From Eledone cirrhosa (taxonomy: Eukaryota): 64,000 nt of DNA. The position numbers and the translations under genes are program-made. The notes below the pieces were generated by a model that was not told the DNA's origin, did no database searches, and saw only the letters and a list, made by a program, of their open reading frames with translations. Numbering within the stretch: the stretch's first letter is position 1; each line of letters opens with the position of its first letter. The DNA lies in the NCBI GenBank assembly GCA_964016885.1, contig OZ024742.1:190030001-190094000 (forward strand), given 5' to 3'. Of the stretch, positions 36,060 to 49,602 are shown piece after piece.

Positions 36060-37580
36060 CTTTTTCTTCAGCCACTTATTCCTGTGAGGGTTGGTTGTGT
36101 GGGAGGAATCCTCAAACATTCCTTCCAGCGAGGCCTGTCAGAAGTAACTGTCTCAAACTGATCTGGCTGGATCCCCAAGTGAGGCATGCCAAGCTCATGG
36201 ATGTTATCCAACCATCTTGCTTAGGGTCTATCGCTGAGTCTCCTTTCAGTTGGTTTTGCCCGTAAAATCTGTCCAGCGATTCTTTTCTGAGACATTCTAA
36301 CCACATACCCATAATATCAGAGCTGTGATCTCTCAATTCAGAGAAGTAGCAGCTCTATCTGGAGTGACTCTCTGATCTCTGAGCACCACACGAGTAATGT
36401 TACTGCAAAGAGCTTTCAGAAGCGCCTCATTTTGGCCGCTTGTATTCACGATTGTATCTTTTCAGTCATTACCCAAGATTCATGACCATAGGTAAGGGTT
36501 GGCACAATACCGAATTGAAGATAGTGATTTTGGCTTTTACACCTACCTCCCTTCTTTTAATTACCGAATGCTGAAGCTAGCGCATAACTGCACTGGCTCT
36601 TGCAATTCTTGCACTTAATTCAGCCCTCTGTCTTCTATCACTTGTCAACACAGCCTTGAGATCTTGAGATACTTGAACTTCTCCACCTGCTTCAGAATGC
36701 ACTGTGCTGCAAACTTCCTTGAGAGGACGAGTATCTCAGTTTTCGCAGCACTGGTTTTCATTCCAGCTTTTCAGCACTTGACATCAAATCTATCAAGTGC
36801 AAGTCGGAGATCATCTTCTGTTGAGTTAAGTAACACCATGTCATTTGCAAATTCCAGCTGACTGATTTTACACCCACCAGTCATGATACCACTTCCAGCT
36901 CGGTTGCGCATGTCAATCTTGTTCATAAAAATAATGAACAGGAAAGCTGATAGTACGCACCCTTGTCGGAGTCTAACTCCCACATTGAATGGTTTCGATC
37001 TAGTACCATTTATCCAAACACAAATACTAGGGCATTCACATAGAGACATCAGGCCAGCAAGAAACTGACCATCAATCCCATACTCCAGCACAAACCTCCA
37101 CAGCAAGTCCCGAGGAAAACGGTCATAAGCCTTTTTGAGGTCTACAAAGCAAGAATATATCTCTTGGCAATACACCAATATCTCGAAGACCTGCTGTCCT
37201 GTCTCTGGGGTGAAAACCGTATTGTTCATCAACTTGCTTGGAATTGACAATCTCCCTGTATCTCTTTGCCAGACACTCAGCATAGACTCTCTAATTAGAA
37301 CAATCTCCCTTGTCTCCCTTTTTGAAAATTGGGATTATCACTCCTGATTGCCATTGCTTAGGTCCCTTTCCAGAATGCCACATGAGTCGGCCAGAGAATG
37401 CCACACGAGTCGGCCAGAGAATGCCACACGAGTCGGCCAGAGAATGCCTTCTTTATTTAAGGCTTTTAACATCTTGGGCCGGATTTCATCTTGCACAATT
37501 GCCTAGCCATATTTGAGCTCTTTAACTACTTTTGTGACTTCAACCTCTGAAAGATTAGTCACCGCTCCAAGATGCACCTT
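36060..37580 (-). mobile_element. RTE-clade (Rex3/Expander-like) LINE remnant with RT domain, in ARPC5 intron 3
   Basis: ORF 36771..37283 CFVDLKKAYDRFPR..EYGI..VGVRLRQGCVLS..LF..EFANDMVL; an internal 23-bp x3 tandem lies at 37373-37448. Confidence 0.9.
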
Positions 37581-37726
37581 GTGTACAGCAGCAAATGCTG
37601 TTGTTCTCTTTGAAATTCATCTGGTGTTAAATCCTAATGAAAAGTAAAGAAGAGCTGAGTGTCACTCATTGTCTGTGTAACGTGACGAATGTGTCCAGTA
37701 TGTCTTGAAACTACACTTATAATCTA

Positions 37727-40700
37727 CAAACTGGTCTAGTGAGTCTATAAACTAGACTGATGTATCTAAAAAATAGTCTAGCGAGTCTAGAAACGAGTCT
37801 AGCAAGTCTAGAAACTAGTCTAGCAAGCAGAAACTAGAATGGTGTATCTAAAAACTGGTCTAGCGAGTCTAGAAACTGGTCTAGCGAGTCTAGAAACTGG
37901 TCTAGCGAGTCTAGAAACTGGTCTAGCGAGTCTAGAAACTGGTCTAGCGAGTCTAGAAACTGGTCTAGCGAGTCTAGAAGCTGGTCTAGCGAGTCTAGAA
38001 GCTGGTCTAGTGAGTCTAGAAGCTGGTCTAGTGAGTCTAGAAGCTGGGCTAGTGAGTCTAGAAACTGGTCTAGCGAGACTAGAAACTAGTCTAGTGGGTC
38101 TAGAAACTAGTCTAGTAAGTAGAAACTAGACTGATGTATCTAGTCTAGCGAGCCTAGAAGCTAGTCTAGCGAGCCTAGAAGCTAGTCTAGCGAGCCTAGA
38201 AGCTAGTCTAGCGAGGCTAGTCTAGCGAGCCTAGAGGCTAGTCTAGCGAGCCTAGAGGCTAGTCTAGCGAGCCTAGAAGCTAGTCTAGCGAGCCAAGTAG
38301 CTAGTCTAGCGAGCCTAGAAGCTAGTCTAGCGAGCCTAGAAGCTAGTCTAGCGAGCCTAGAAGCTAGTCTAGCGAGCCTAGAAGCTAGTCTAGCGAGCCT
38401 AGAAGCTAGTCTAGCGAGCCTAGAAGCTAGTCTAGCGAGCCTAGTAGCTAGTCTAGCGAGCCTAGAAGCTAGTCTAGCGAGCCTAGAAGCTAGTCTAGCG
38501 AGCCTAGTAGCTAGTCTAGCGAGCCTAGTAGCTAGTCTAGCGAGCCTAGTAGCTAGTCTAGCGAGCCTAGTAGCTAGTCTAGCGAGCCTAGAAGCTAGTC
38601 TAGCGAGCCTAGAAGCTAGTCTAGCGAGCCTAGAAGCTAGTCTAGCGAGCCTAGTAGCTAGTCTAGCGAGCCAAGAAGCTAGTCTAGCGAGCCAAGAAGC
38701 TAGTCTAGCGAGCCAAGAAGCTAGTCTAGCGAGCCTAGAAGCTAGTCTAGCGAGCCTAGAAGCTAGTCTAGCGAGCCTAGAAGCTAGTCTAGCGAGCCTA
38801 GAAGCTAGTCTAGCGAGCCTAGAAGCTAGTCTAGCGAGCCTAGAAGCTAGTCTAGCGAGCCTAGAAGCTAGTCTAGCGAGCCTAGAAGCTAGTCTAGCGA
38901 GCCTAGAAGCTAGTCTAGCGAGCCTAGAAGCTAGTCTAGCGAGCCTAGAAGCTAGTCTAGCGAGCCTAGAAGCTAGTCTAGCGAGCCTAGAAGCTAGTCT
39001 AGCGAGCCTAGAAGCTAGTCTAGCGAGCCTAGAAGCTAGTCTAGCGAGCCTAGAAGCTAGTCTAGCGAGCCTAGAAGCTAGTCTAGCGAGCCTAGAAGCT
39101 AGTCTAGCGAGCCTAGAGGCTAGTCTGGCGAGCCTAGAGGCTAGTCTGGCGAGCCTAGAGGCTAGTCTAGCCCGCCTAGAGGCTAGTCTAGCCCGCCTAG
39201 AGGCTAGTCTAGCCCGCCTAGAGGCTAGTCTAGCCCGCCTAGAGGCTAGTCTAGCCCGCCTAGAGGCTAGTCTAGCCCGCCTAGAGGCTAGTCTAGCCCG
39301 CCTAGAGGCTAGTCTAGCCCGCCTAGAGGCTAGTCTAGCCCGCCTAGAGGCTAGTCTAGCCCGCCTAGAAGCTAGTCTAGCCCGCCTAGAAGCTAGTCTA
39401 GCCAGCCTAGAAGCTAGTCTAGCGAGCCTAGTAGCTAGTCTAGCGAGCCTAGTAGCTAGTCTAGCGGGCCTAGTAGCTAGTCTAGCGAGCCTAGTAGCTA
39501 GTCTAGCGAGCCTAGTAGCTAGTCTAGCGAGCCTAGTAGCTAGTCTAGCGAGCCTAGTAGCTAGTCTAGCGAGCCTAGTAGCTAGTCTAGCGAGCCTAGA
39601 AGCTAGTCTAGCGAGCCTAGAAGCTAGTCTAGCGAGCCTAGAAGCTAGTCTAGCGAGCCAAGAAGCTAGTCTAGCGAGCCTAGAAGCTAGTCTAGCGAGC
39701 CTAGAAGCTAGTCTAGCGAGCCTAGAAGCTAGTCTAGCGAGCCTAGAAGCTAGTCTAGCGAGCCTAGAAGCTAGTCTAGCGAGCCTAGAAGCTAGTCTAG
39801 CGAGCCTAGAAGCTAGCCTAGCGAGCCTAGAAGCTAGCCTAGAAGCTAGCCTAGCGAGCCTAGAAGCTAGCCTAGAAGCTAGTCTAGCGAGCCTAGAAGC
39901 TAGCCTAGCGAGCCTAGAAGCTAGTCTAGCGAGCCTAGAAGCTAGTCTAGCGAGCCTAGTAGCTAGTCTAGCGAGCCTAGAAGCTAGTCTAGCGAGCCTA
40001 GAAGCTAGTCTAGCGAGCCTAGAAGCTAGTCTAGCGAGCCTAGAAGCTAGTCTAGCGAGCCTAGAAGCTAGTCTAGCGAGCCTAGAAGCTAGTCTAGCGA
40101 GCCTAGTAGCTAGTCTAGCGAGCCTAGAAGCTAGTCTAGCGAGCCTAGAAGCTAGTCTAGCGAGCCTAGAAGCTAGTCTAGCGAGCCTAGAAGCTAGTCT
40201 AGCGAGCCTAGAAGCTAGTCTAGCGAGCCTAGCGAGCCTAGAAGCGAGCCTAGAAACTAGTCTAGCGAGCCTAGTAGCTAGTCTAGCGAGCCTAGTAGCG
40301 AGCCTAGAAGCTAGCCTAGCGAGCCTAGAAGCTAGCCTAGCGAACCTAGAAGCTAGCCTAGCGAGCCTAGAAGCTAGCGGAAGCGAGCCTAGAAGCTAGT
40401 CTAGCGAGCCTAGAAGCTAGTCTAGCGAGCCTAGAAGCTAGTCTAGCGAGCCTAGAAGCTAGTCTAGCGAGCCTAGAAGCTAGTCTAGCGAGCCTAGAAG
40501 CTAGTCTAGCGAGCCTAGAAGCTAGTCTAGCGAGCCTAGAAGCTAGTCTAGCGAGCCTAGAAGCTAGTCTAGCGAGCCTAGAAGCTAGTCTAGCGAGCCT
40601 AGTAGCTAGTCTAGCGAGCCTAGAAGCTAGTCTAGCGAGCTTAGTAGCTAGTCTAGCGAGCTTAGTAGCTAGTCTAGCGAGCTTAGTAGCTAGTCTGGCG

Positions 40701-43700
40701 AGCTTAGTAGCTAGTCTGGCGAGCCTAGTAGCTAGTCTAGCGAGCCTAGTAGCTAGTCTAGCGAGCCTAGTAGCTAGTCTAGCGAGCCTAGTAGCTAGTC
40801 TAGCGAGCCTAGTAGCTAGTCTAGCGAGCCTAGAAACTAGTCTAGCGAGCCTAGAAACTAGTCTAGCGAGCCTAGTAGCTAGTCTAGCGAGCCTAGTAGC
40901 TAGTCAAGCGAGCCTAGTAGCTAGTCTAGCGAGCCTAGAAGCTAGTCTAGCGAGCCTAGAAGCTAGTCTAGCGAGCCTAGAAGCTAGTCTAGCGAGCCTA
41001 GAAGCTAGTCTAGCGAGCCTAGAAGCTAGTCTAGCGAGCCTAGAAGCTAGTCTAGCGAGCCTAGAAGCTAGTCTAGCGAGCCTAGAAGCTAGTCTAGCGA
41101 GCCTAGAAGCTAGTCTAGCGAGCCTAGAAGCTAGTCTAGCGAGCCTAGAAGCTAGTCTAGCGAGCCTAGAAGCTAGTCTAGCGAGCCTAGAAGCTAGTCT
41201 AGCGAGCCTAGAAGCTAGTCTAGCGAGCCTAGAAGCTAGTCTAGCGAGCCTAGTAGCTAGTCTAGCGAGCCTAGTAGCTAGTCTAGCGAGCCTAGTAGCT
41301 AGTCTAGCGAGCCTAGAAGCTAGTCTAGCGAGCCTAGAGGCTAGTCTAGCGAGCCTAGAGGCTAGTCTAGCGAGCCTAGAGGCTAGTCTAGCGAGCCTAG
41401 AGGCTAGTCTAGCGAGCCTAGAGGCTAGTCTAGCGAGCCTAGAGGCTAGTCTAGCGAGCCTAGAGGCTAGTCTAGCGAGCCTAGTCTAGCGAGCCTAGAG
41501 GCTAGTCTAGCGAGCCTAGTCTAGCGAGCCTAGAGGCTAGTCTAGCGAGCCTAGAGGCTAGTCTAGCGAGCCTAGAGGCTAGTCTAGCGAGCCTAGTGGC
41601 TAGTCTAGCGAGCCTAGAGGCTAGTCTAGCGAGCCTAGAGGCTAGTCTAGCGAGCCTAGAAGCTAGTCTAGCGAGCCTAGAAGCTAGTCTAGCGAGCCTA
41701 GAAGCTAGTCTAGCGAGCCTAGAAGCTAGTCTAGCGAGCCTAGAAGCTAGTCTAGCGAGCCTAGTAGCTAGTCTAGCGAGCCTAGTAGCTAGTCTAGCGA
41801 GCCTAGAAGCTAGTCTAGCGAGCCTAGTAGCTAGTCTAGCGAGCCTAGTAGCTAGTCTAGCGAGCCTAGTAGCTAGTCTAGCGAGCCTAGTAGCTAGTCT
41901 AGCGAGCCTAGTAGCTAGTCTAGCGAGCCTAGAAGCTAGTCTAGCGAGCCTAGAAGCTAGTCTAGCGAGCCTAGAAGCTAGTCTAGCGAGCCTAGAGGCT
42001 AGTCTAGCGAGCCTAGAGGCTAGTCTAGCGAGCCTAGAGGCTAGTCTAGCGAGCCTAGAAGCTAGTCTAGCGAGCCTAGTAGCTAGTCTAGCGAGCCTAG
42101 TAGCTAGTCTAGCGAGCCTAGTAGCTAGTCTAGCGAGCCTAGAAGCTAGTCTAGCGAGCCTAGAAGCTAGTCTAGCGAGCCTAGAAGCTAGTCTAGCGAG
42201 CCTAGAAGCTAGTCTAGCGAGCCTAGAAGCTAGTCTAGCGAGCCTAGTAGCTAGTCTAGCGAGCCTAGAAGCTAGTCTGGCGAGCCTAGAAGCTAGTCTG
42301 GCGAGCCTAGAAGCTAGTCTGGCGAGCCTAGAAGCTAGTCTGGCGAGCCTCGTAGCTAGTCTGGCGAGCCTCGTAGCTAGTCTGGCGAGCCTCGTAGCTA
42401 GTCTGGCGAGCCTAGTAGCTAGTCTGGCGAGCCTAGTAGCTAGTCTGGCGAGCCTAGAAGCTAGTCTGGCGAGCCTAGAAGCTAGTCTGGCGTGCCTAGA
42501 AGCTAGTCTGGCGAGCCTAGAAGCTAGTCTGGCGAGCCTAAAAGCTAGTCTGGCGAGCCTAGAAGCTAGTCTGGCGAGCCTAGTAGCTAGTCTGGCGAGC
42601 CTAGTAGCTAGTCTAGCGAGCCTAGTAGCTAGTCTAGCGAGCCTAGAAACTAGTCTAGCGAGCCTAGTAGCTAGTCTAGCGAGCCTAGAAACTAGTCTAG
42701 CGAGCCTAGTAGCTAGTCTAGCGAGCCTAGTAGCTAGTCTAGCGAGCCTAGTAGCTAGTCTAGCGAGCCTAGTAGCTAGTCTAGCGAGCCTAGTAGCTAG
42801 TCTAGCGAGCCTAGAAGCTAGTCTAGCGAGCCTAGAAGCTAGTCTAGCGAGCCTAGAAGCTAGTCTAGCGAGCCTAGAGGCTAGTCTAGCGAGCCTAGAG
42901 GCTAGTCTAGCGAGCCTAGAAGCTAGTCTAGCGAGCCTAGAAGCTAGTCTAGCGAGCCTAGAGGCTAGTCTAGCGAGCCTAGAGGCTAGTCTAGCGAGCC
43001 TAGAGGCTAGTCTAGCGAGCCTAGAGGCTAGTCTAGCGAGCCTAGAGGCTAGTCTAGCGAGTCTAGAGGCTAGTCTAGCGAGCCTAGAGGCTAGTCTAGC
43101 GAGCCTAGAGGCTAGTCTAGCGAGCCTAGAGGCTAGTCTAGCGAGCCTAGTAGCTAGTCTAGCGAGCCTAGTAGCTAGTCTAGCGAGCCTAGTAGCTAGT
43201 CTAGCGAGCCTAGAAGCTAGTCTAGCGAGCCTAGTAGCTAGTCTAGCGAGCCTAGTAGCTAGTCTAGCGAGACTAGAAACTAGTCTAGCGAGCCTAGTAG
43301 CTAGCCTAGCGAGCCTAGAAGCTAGCCTAGCGAGCCTAGTAGCTAGTCTAGCGAGCCTAGGAGCTAGTCTAGCGAGCCTAGAGGCTAGTCTAGCGAGCCT
43401 AGTAGCTAGTCTAGCGAGCCTAGTAGCTAGTCTAGCGAGCCTAGTAGCTAGTCTAGCGAGCCTAGTAGCTAGTCTAGCGAGCCTAGTAGCTAGTCTAGCG
43501 AGCCTAGTAGCTAGTCTAGCGAGCCTAGTAGCTAGTCTAGCGAGCCTAGTAGCTAGTCTAGCGAGCCTAGTAGCTAGTCTAGCGAGCCTAGTAGCTAGTC
43601 TAGCGAGCCTAGAAGCTAGTCTAGCGTGCCTAGAAGCTAGTCTAGCGTGCCTAGAAGCTAGTCTAGCGAGCCTAGTAGCTAGTCTAGCGAGACTAGAAGC

Positions 43701-44490
43701 TAGTCTAGCGAGACTAGAAGCTAGTCTAGCGAGACTAGAAGCTAGTCTAGCGAGACTAGAAACTAGTCTAGCGAGCCTAGTAGCTAGTCTAGCGAGCCTA
43801 GAAGCTAGTCTAGCGAGCCTAGAAGCTAGTCTAGCGAGCCTAGTAGCTAGTCTAGCGAGACTAGAAACTAGTCTAGCGAGCCTAGAAGCTAGTCTAGCGA
43901 GCCTAGAAGCTAGTCTAGCGAGCCTAGAAGCTAGTCTAGCGAGCCTAGAAGCTAGTCTAGCGAGCCTAGAAGCTAGTCTAGCGAGCCTAGTAGCTAGTCT
44001 AGCGAGCCTAGTAGCTAGTCTAGCGAGCCTAGTAGCTAGTCTAGCGAGCCCAGAAGCTAGTCTAGCGAGCCCAGAAGCTAGTCTAGCGAGCCCAGGAGCT
44101 AGTCTGGCGAGCCTAGTAGCTAGTCTAGCGAGCCTAGAAGCTAGTCTAGCGATCCTAGAAGCTAGTCTAGCGAGCCTAGAAGCTAGTCTAGTGAGCCTAG
44201 AAGCTAGTCTAGCGAACCTAGAAGCTAGTCTGGCGAGCCTAGGAGCTAGTCTAGCGAGCCTAGAAGCTAGTCTAGCGTGCCTAGGAGCTAGTCTAGCGTG
44301 CCTAGGAGCTAGTCTAGCGTGCCTAGGAGCTAGTCTAGCGAGCCTAGGAGCTAGTCTAGCGAGCCTAGGAGCTAGACTTATGTATCTAAAAACTAGTCTA
44401 GTGAGTCTAGAAGCTAGTCTAGTGAGTCTGGAAACTAGACTGATGTATCTAGAAACTAATGTAGAATCCTGACTAGTGAGTCTAGAAACT
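37727..44490. repeat. ~6.7-kb tandem array of a 21-bp CTAG-rich unit (about 320 units)
   Basis: Consensus GCTAGTCTAGCGAGCCTAGAA with GTA/GAG/GGA variants; diverged units at both edges. Confidence 0.98.
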
Positions 44491-44924
44491 TGTGTAACTA
44501 GTGACTAAAGAAATTAAACTTAAACAGTCTTGCCTTTTATATAACATATTATCATTTAATGGGTTTTCCCTGCTAGCTAAGGTTGAGTGGAATTTCATAG
44601 ACCTTGTCAGTACTTAATCAGAGCTAGGCCAGGGACTGCATCACTTAAGTACATTCCTGAACTCTGCAGGGTGCACTGGGTGCATTTTATCATGGCACCA
44701 ACACCAGGGAGGTTGTCATGTCTATGATACAACTGACGAGTCATCTTAACCTTTTGTTTGGTGAATTTTCTATGGTTTGATGCTCTTCCTATCACAAACC
44801 ATTTTATAGGGTGTAGTGAGTGTTTTATCGTGTCAATATCATCAGTTGAAGACACTTCTTGATTTTTTTTGGCATGGTTTCTACAGCTAGATGCCCTTCC
44901 TACCACCAACCCCATATATATACC

Positions 44925-45500
44925 ATCATCATGTCCGTTTGCATAGTTGAGAAAAATTCTAACACAGTATTTGTTTATTTGTCTTTTTCTATTGTCATCT
45001 GGTCTGTGAGGTTTAGCATCCTCAGATAAGCTTTAGCCACTTCTACTCAGATCTCCTTGGATTACCTCTAACATCCTTCCTTGGAACTTGTGTCACTTTT
45101 TTACCCCATGTTCATCATCCATGTACATTATATGTCTATGCCAACACAACCTTCTCTGCTCTTATTCCCTATTTTTCTCTCAGTTCAACCATACTTCATC
45201 ATTTTACAGCCACTGAACATGCTTCAATTATTTTTCTCCAGCCTTCACATCACCTCTGCATTTACTGCACATGTCTCAATGCCATGTAGCATTTTATCAG
45301 GCATCATTTAATTTACTTTTCATTCAGAGAGAGAAACACTTCATTACCAACAGAGGCAGTAGCTTACTGTACTTCTTCCACCCTGTTCTTATTCTAGCTA
45401 TTATACTTTCAGAACAACCCCCTCCACTGCTAATTATGTCACCTAGGAACCCATAGCTATCAGCTACTTCTATGGAACCTTCACTGGATTGGAAGAAGTC
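44925..45500 (-). mobile_element. Degenerate RTE LINE fragment
   Basis: IEVADS..FLGDIISSGGGCSESIIARIRTGWKKY..LLPLL. Confidence 0.8.
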
Positions 45501-45834
45501 TAACCCTTTCATGACTGTATTTCTAATGAAATACACTCTATTTCAATCAATTAATGAAGAATTTTGAGGCTTTTACTAAAATTATCAATTATTTCAATAC
45601 TAAGATAGTAACTTGATGTATACTTCTTATATAAAATTATGTTGGAAGATTTTAATTTAAAATGGATGGTTTTATTTGATAGAACTAGAGCCAGTTTTGG
45701 CTGGGTTGGTAATTAAAGGTCTAAGTATTGAAACTAGTGTTATCCATACATGCTAGATGTCAGTGACAGCTCAGTCTTCTCACTTACACACTATCTCTAA
45801 TTCCTCTGAAGTATGTATTCTCATTTATTTATAG

Positions 45835-45897
45835 GTTTTTGCCGTCGGTGGTTTGGGCTCAATAATTCGTGTGCTGACAGATCGCAGTAGAGTGTAA
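45835..45897 (+). CDS. ARPC5: ARPC5 coding exon 4 ([20 protein letters not shown])
   Basis: Acceptor tttatag; conserved C-terminal GGxGSIxRVLT.R..V; a candidate AATAAA lies at ~46209. Confidence 0.95.
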   Translation, partial: [20 protein letters not shown]

Positions 45898-47974
45898 CAG
45901 CAAGCCCTGTAAGTTGTTGCTAGCACTGAAACAAACAAACAACAGTTCTTCAGATGACTAAAAAAAAATTATATGTGATCTTTCTGTTGCTTGGCCAACA
46001 TCCAGGATTTGTGCAAGGAAAACCAACTACATAGTGAGAAACAAAAGTACAACAATATAAACACACACATACTACACAAAACAACACATAGGCACACAGG
46101 TATTTTCATTTTATATCATTAATCATGGCAGTTGCTTGTAGGTTTCTTCACCTTCATGCAGGCTTGGTGAAATTTATAAGTAACTTTTAGACCTTAATGA
46201 TACTAACTAAATAAAAATATCTGTCTCTGCATTTCATATAGTTCTAATTCAGATAATGCTTTACCAATATATATATATACCTATATATGATACACAACTA
46301 CAACATTACTATATATATATATATACACATGTATGTATAAGTGAGAATATATGTACAGAAGCCCCCCTGTGTAAATCTTTTCATAAAAAATTCTCTCAAA
46401 CTGAAAGCCTAGTAATTTTGAAACATTTATTAAAAATACACCAATTGTATTTTCTCTTTTTTTTTGGTACATTTTATTTCGTTTTTATTTATATTTAATT
46501 TTTATTTTCTTTGTTATAGGTTTGCTTGGTTTACCCCCCCCCCCCCCCCCAAAAAAAAAGAAAACTACATGTTACATTAGATATAATTTCTTTTTAAGTG
46601 TCCTGGCATATTTTTTTTAGTTAATTAATTTTCATTTATTTGTTTTTCTATTAAGCATTCTTTTCATTTCACATTGCTCTTGTCCACCCACCTAAAATAA
46701 AACAAATTGGTACCAGAAACAGTATAAGGTGGCAAATTAGCAGATTTGTTAGGGTATAGGATAAAAAATGACTTGGGAATTTGTTCTGGCTCACTACACT
46801 CTATAAGTTCAAAACTCACCAAAGTCAACTTTGCCTTTCATCCATTTGAGGTTGATAAATAAAATACCAATCCAATATTGGGGTCAATTCTTTCTCTTTC
46901 TTTCTCTGGAAAGTATTGGCTGTGTTCTGACCTTGAGAGGGATGCACTTCACCAGGTTTAAAATACCTGATACCCAATACTGTTTATCGTAATGGTACCC
47001 TTATAATTCCATCAGGAGCTAAGGGTCCTTTATCTTTACCTTATTTTTAGCTGGGTGGAGTTAAACCTGCCACATATTGGTATCTCACTTAACACCACAT
47101 TAAATCAGGACAAGCAAGCCCTGAACTGATAAGTATCCTTTTTTTCCCCCTTTTGTTAGCTATCATAGATATTTTAAATTATTAATTTTTCCATTCTCTA
47201 TTCTTTATATTTCACATTACTTCACTACACTCAGCTCAAAAATAGAAGAAAAAAACGAGTAGTTGCAGCTGTGTATTATCCCTATGATGGACTGGCATCT
47301 TGTACTCTTCTCAATCGCTTAATGCCAATGAAACCCAGATAAACTCAGGGCTGATGAGGCTCTAGGCTCGAGAGAGAGAGAAACTTCAACTTCTCTTGTT
47401 TTTTTTTTTTGTTTCTTTTTTTGTTTTTCCCTCCATTAACTATCATTTAATTTGGTTTGTTAATGGATGATTGTATGGTCTGGGTGGAATGATGATTTCA
47501 AACAAGAGAAATATAAAAAAAATAATTACAATCTAAAAACGACTAAAATATTAAAAATCAAATGCATACAAACAACTAAAACCAAAGATGTACCTTTTTT
47601 GCACTGGAATGGACTGGAGATGTTAGAAGAAAAAAAAGTCATTTTTATTTTTTTAAATAAAAAATTATATATAAAAAAAATATAAAAAAAAAAAAGGAAA
47701 GAAAATAGGAAAAAGACATAATAAGCGGATTGCATATTCAGCGTTGTTCTAACATATTTTACGTCACCAAAGACACGCACATGGAGAAAAAATAAAGAAA
47801 AAGAAAAAAAATTGTGAAGATTCAATGTTTCCTTGACAACAAATTACCAATTTGAACTGGGTGATGGTGAAGTGGGGAAAAATGTTTTTTCCATCATTGA
47901 TGATGATGATGATGATGACAATGATGCAAGATTTTTTAAAAAAAATTTATTGTAATTATTTTCAAATAGCAGTG

Positions 47975-48960
47975 GGATTGGCAGAGTATTGGACACAATG
48001 TCTTGTGGTATATAGTTATGTCTATGTTCTGAGTTCTAATTCTGCCAAGGTCAGCTTTGCCTTTCATCCTTCCAGGATTGATAAAATAAAGTAGCAGTCA
48101 AGTATTGGGGCCGATTTAATCAACCAACTACTCCCACCATGCTAGAAGTAATTATTATAAATTTCTTCAATGGCAGTGGATTGGCTGAGGTTAACTTTAT
48201 CTCTCAACCTATTAAGATTGATAAAATATAATACCAGTCATGTACTGGGGTTGGTTTAATCGACTAGAACCTCCTGCCAAATTTCTGACATTGTGTCTTT
48301 GTTAGAAACAATTATTATTATTCAATGGCAGTGGAATGGCAGAATTGTTAGAGCTTTGCAGCAATTGTTCTGTCTGTTTACATTCTAAATTCAAATTCAG
48401 ACACACTCAACTTTGTTTCTTATCATTTAGAGAGTGATAAAATACAGTACCAGTCAATATAATCAGCCGTTCTTCTTCACCCCAAATTTCTGGCCTTGTT
48501 AAAAGCAATTATTATAAATTATTTGATGGTCATGGATTGGTAGTGTGTCACAAAATGCTTTGTGGTATTTGTTCTGGCATTTTATGTTCTAAGTCCAGAT
48601 TTCACTATAGTTAACTTTGCCTTTCATCCTCCAAAGATCAATAAAATATAGTACCAATCAAGTACCAGGTATGATTTGATCGACTTGTTTCCTGTCCCTA
48701 AAATTGCTGGCCTTGTGCCCATGTAAGAAATTATTATATTAAGGGCAGTGAATTGGCAGAATTGTTAGAACATCAGAGAAATGCTTTGTGGCGTTTTGTT
48801 GAAGCTGAGTTTAAATCCCACTGAGGTCAAACTTGCCTTTCATTCCTCTGGGGGTGATACAATAATTAAACTCCAGTCGATTTAATGAATGTTCCCCTTC
48901 ATGCAGAATTGCTGGCCTTATGCCTAATTTAGAACCCACTATTATTATTATTATTATTAC
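47975..48960 (+). mobile_element. Cluster of about 5 old, co-oriented SINE copies
   Basis: Repeated degenerate TGGCAG..., ACTTTGCCTTTCATCC, GATAAAAT..AGTACCAGTCA and GGCCTTGTG. Confidence 0.75.
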
Positions 48961-49602
48961 TTTCCTCCATAGCATTAGATTCCACATTAATAGTCGATCA
49001 GCAAATTGTCTTAAAACACAAGGAAGACCAATAACTGGTTTGCCCCCTTTTTTTTTATCAACTACTTTTAAAAAGTATCTTTATCAAAGTAAGATAAGTT
49101 TACAAGGTAATACTGTTGCACCAAAGATGTATTTAAAAAAATTTTTAAATCTATCTTCAGTGAAACAAAGATACTCTGTATGTTCTTTTACTTGTCTTAC
49201 TTTAATAAAGATAGTTCTCTTTACAATTTCTGTATACAACTTTATATATATAATGCATGAGAGAATAATGTTTTACAGATGGCTGACTTTAGGTCTTAAC
49301 TAATGATATCAATATCATATCAGTTAAGATATAGAGCCAGTAATCTGCAAAATGTCTTACATTCACTAATGAATAAAAATTATTTAAAGTGAAACACCGT
49401 TCACTCATGCATAATGTAAACACTGCTGACTACAAACATATAATACACCGATATCAAGTGAAGATCACACTTTCTATTGTAATACTCACCCCTTATATAT
49501 ATAAATATATATATAAGGTAGTGTCAAGAGTTTCCATAGAATAGATAAAAGAAAAAGAGTGCTCTATGTTAAGTACAGAGCTAAAGTATATAAATAAATA
49601 AG

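Larger units (their letters stand above)
20432..45897 (+). other. ARPC5: Actin-related protein 2/3 complex subunit 5 (p16-Arc) gene, whole span; 4 coding exons, 447-nt CDS, 148 aa
   Basis: Exons of 140+67+177+63 nt join in frame: MSKNTGASLFRSFNVDDYDEDKY...GKNADALIHILNNP...KVLTSFRGNDID...DMLMKYIYIGFE...[31 protein letters not shown]. Confidence 0.96.

Noticed and set aside
41596-44472. 958-aa ORF (LASLEAS)n as a real coiled-coil gene; also ORF 37839..38129
   Set aside because: It is a by-product of a stop-free frame in a 21-bp satellite. It starts at an internal GTG variant, lies within ARPC5 intron 3, and the array has frame-breaking 14-bp units.
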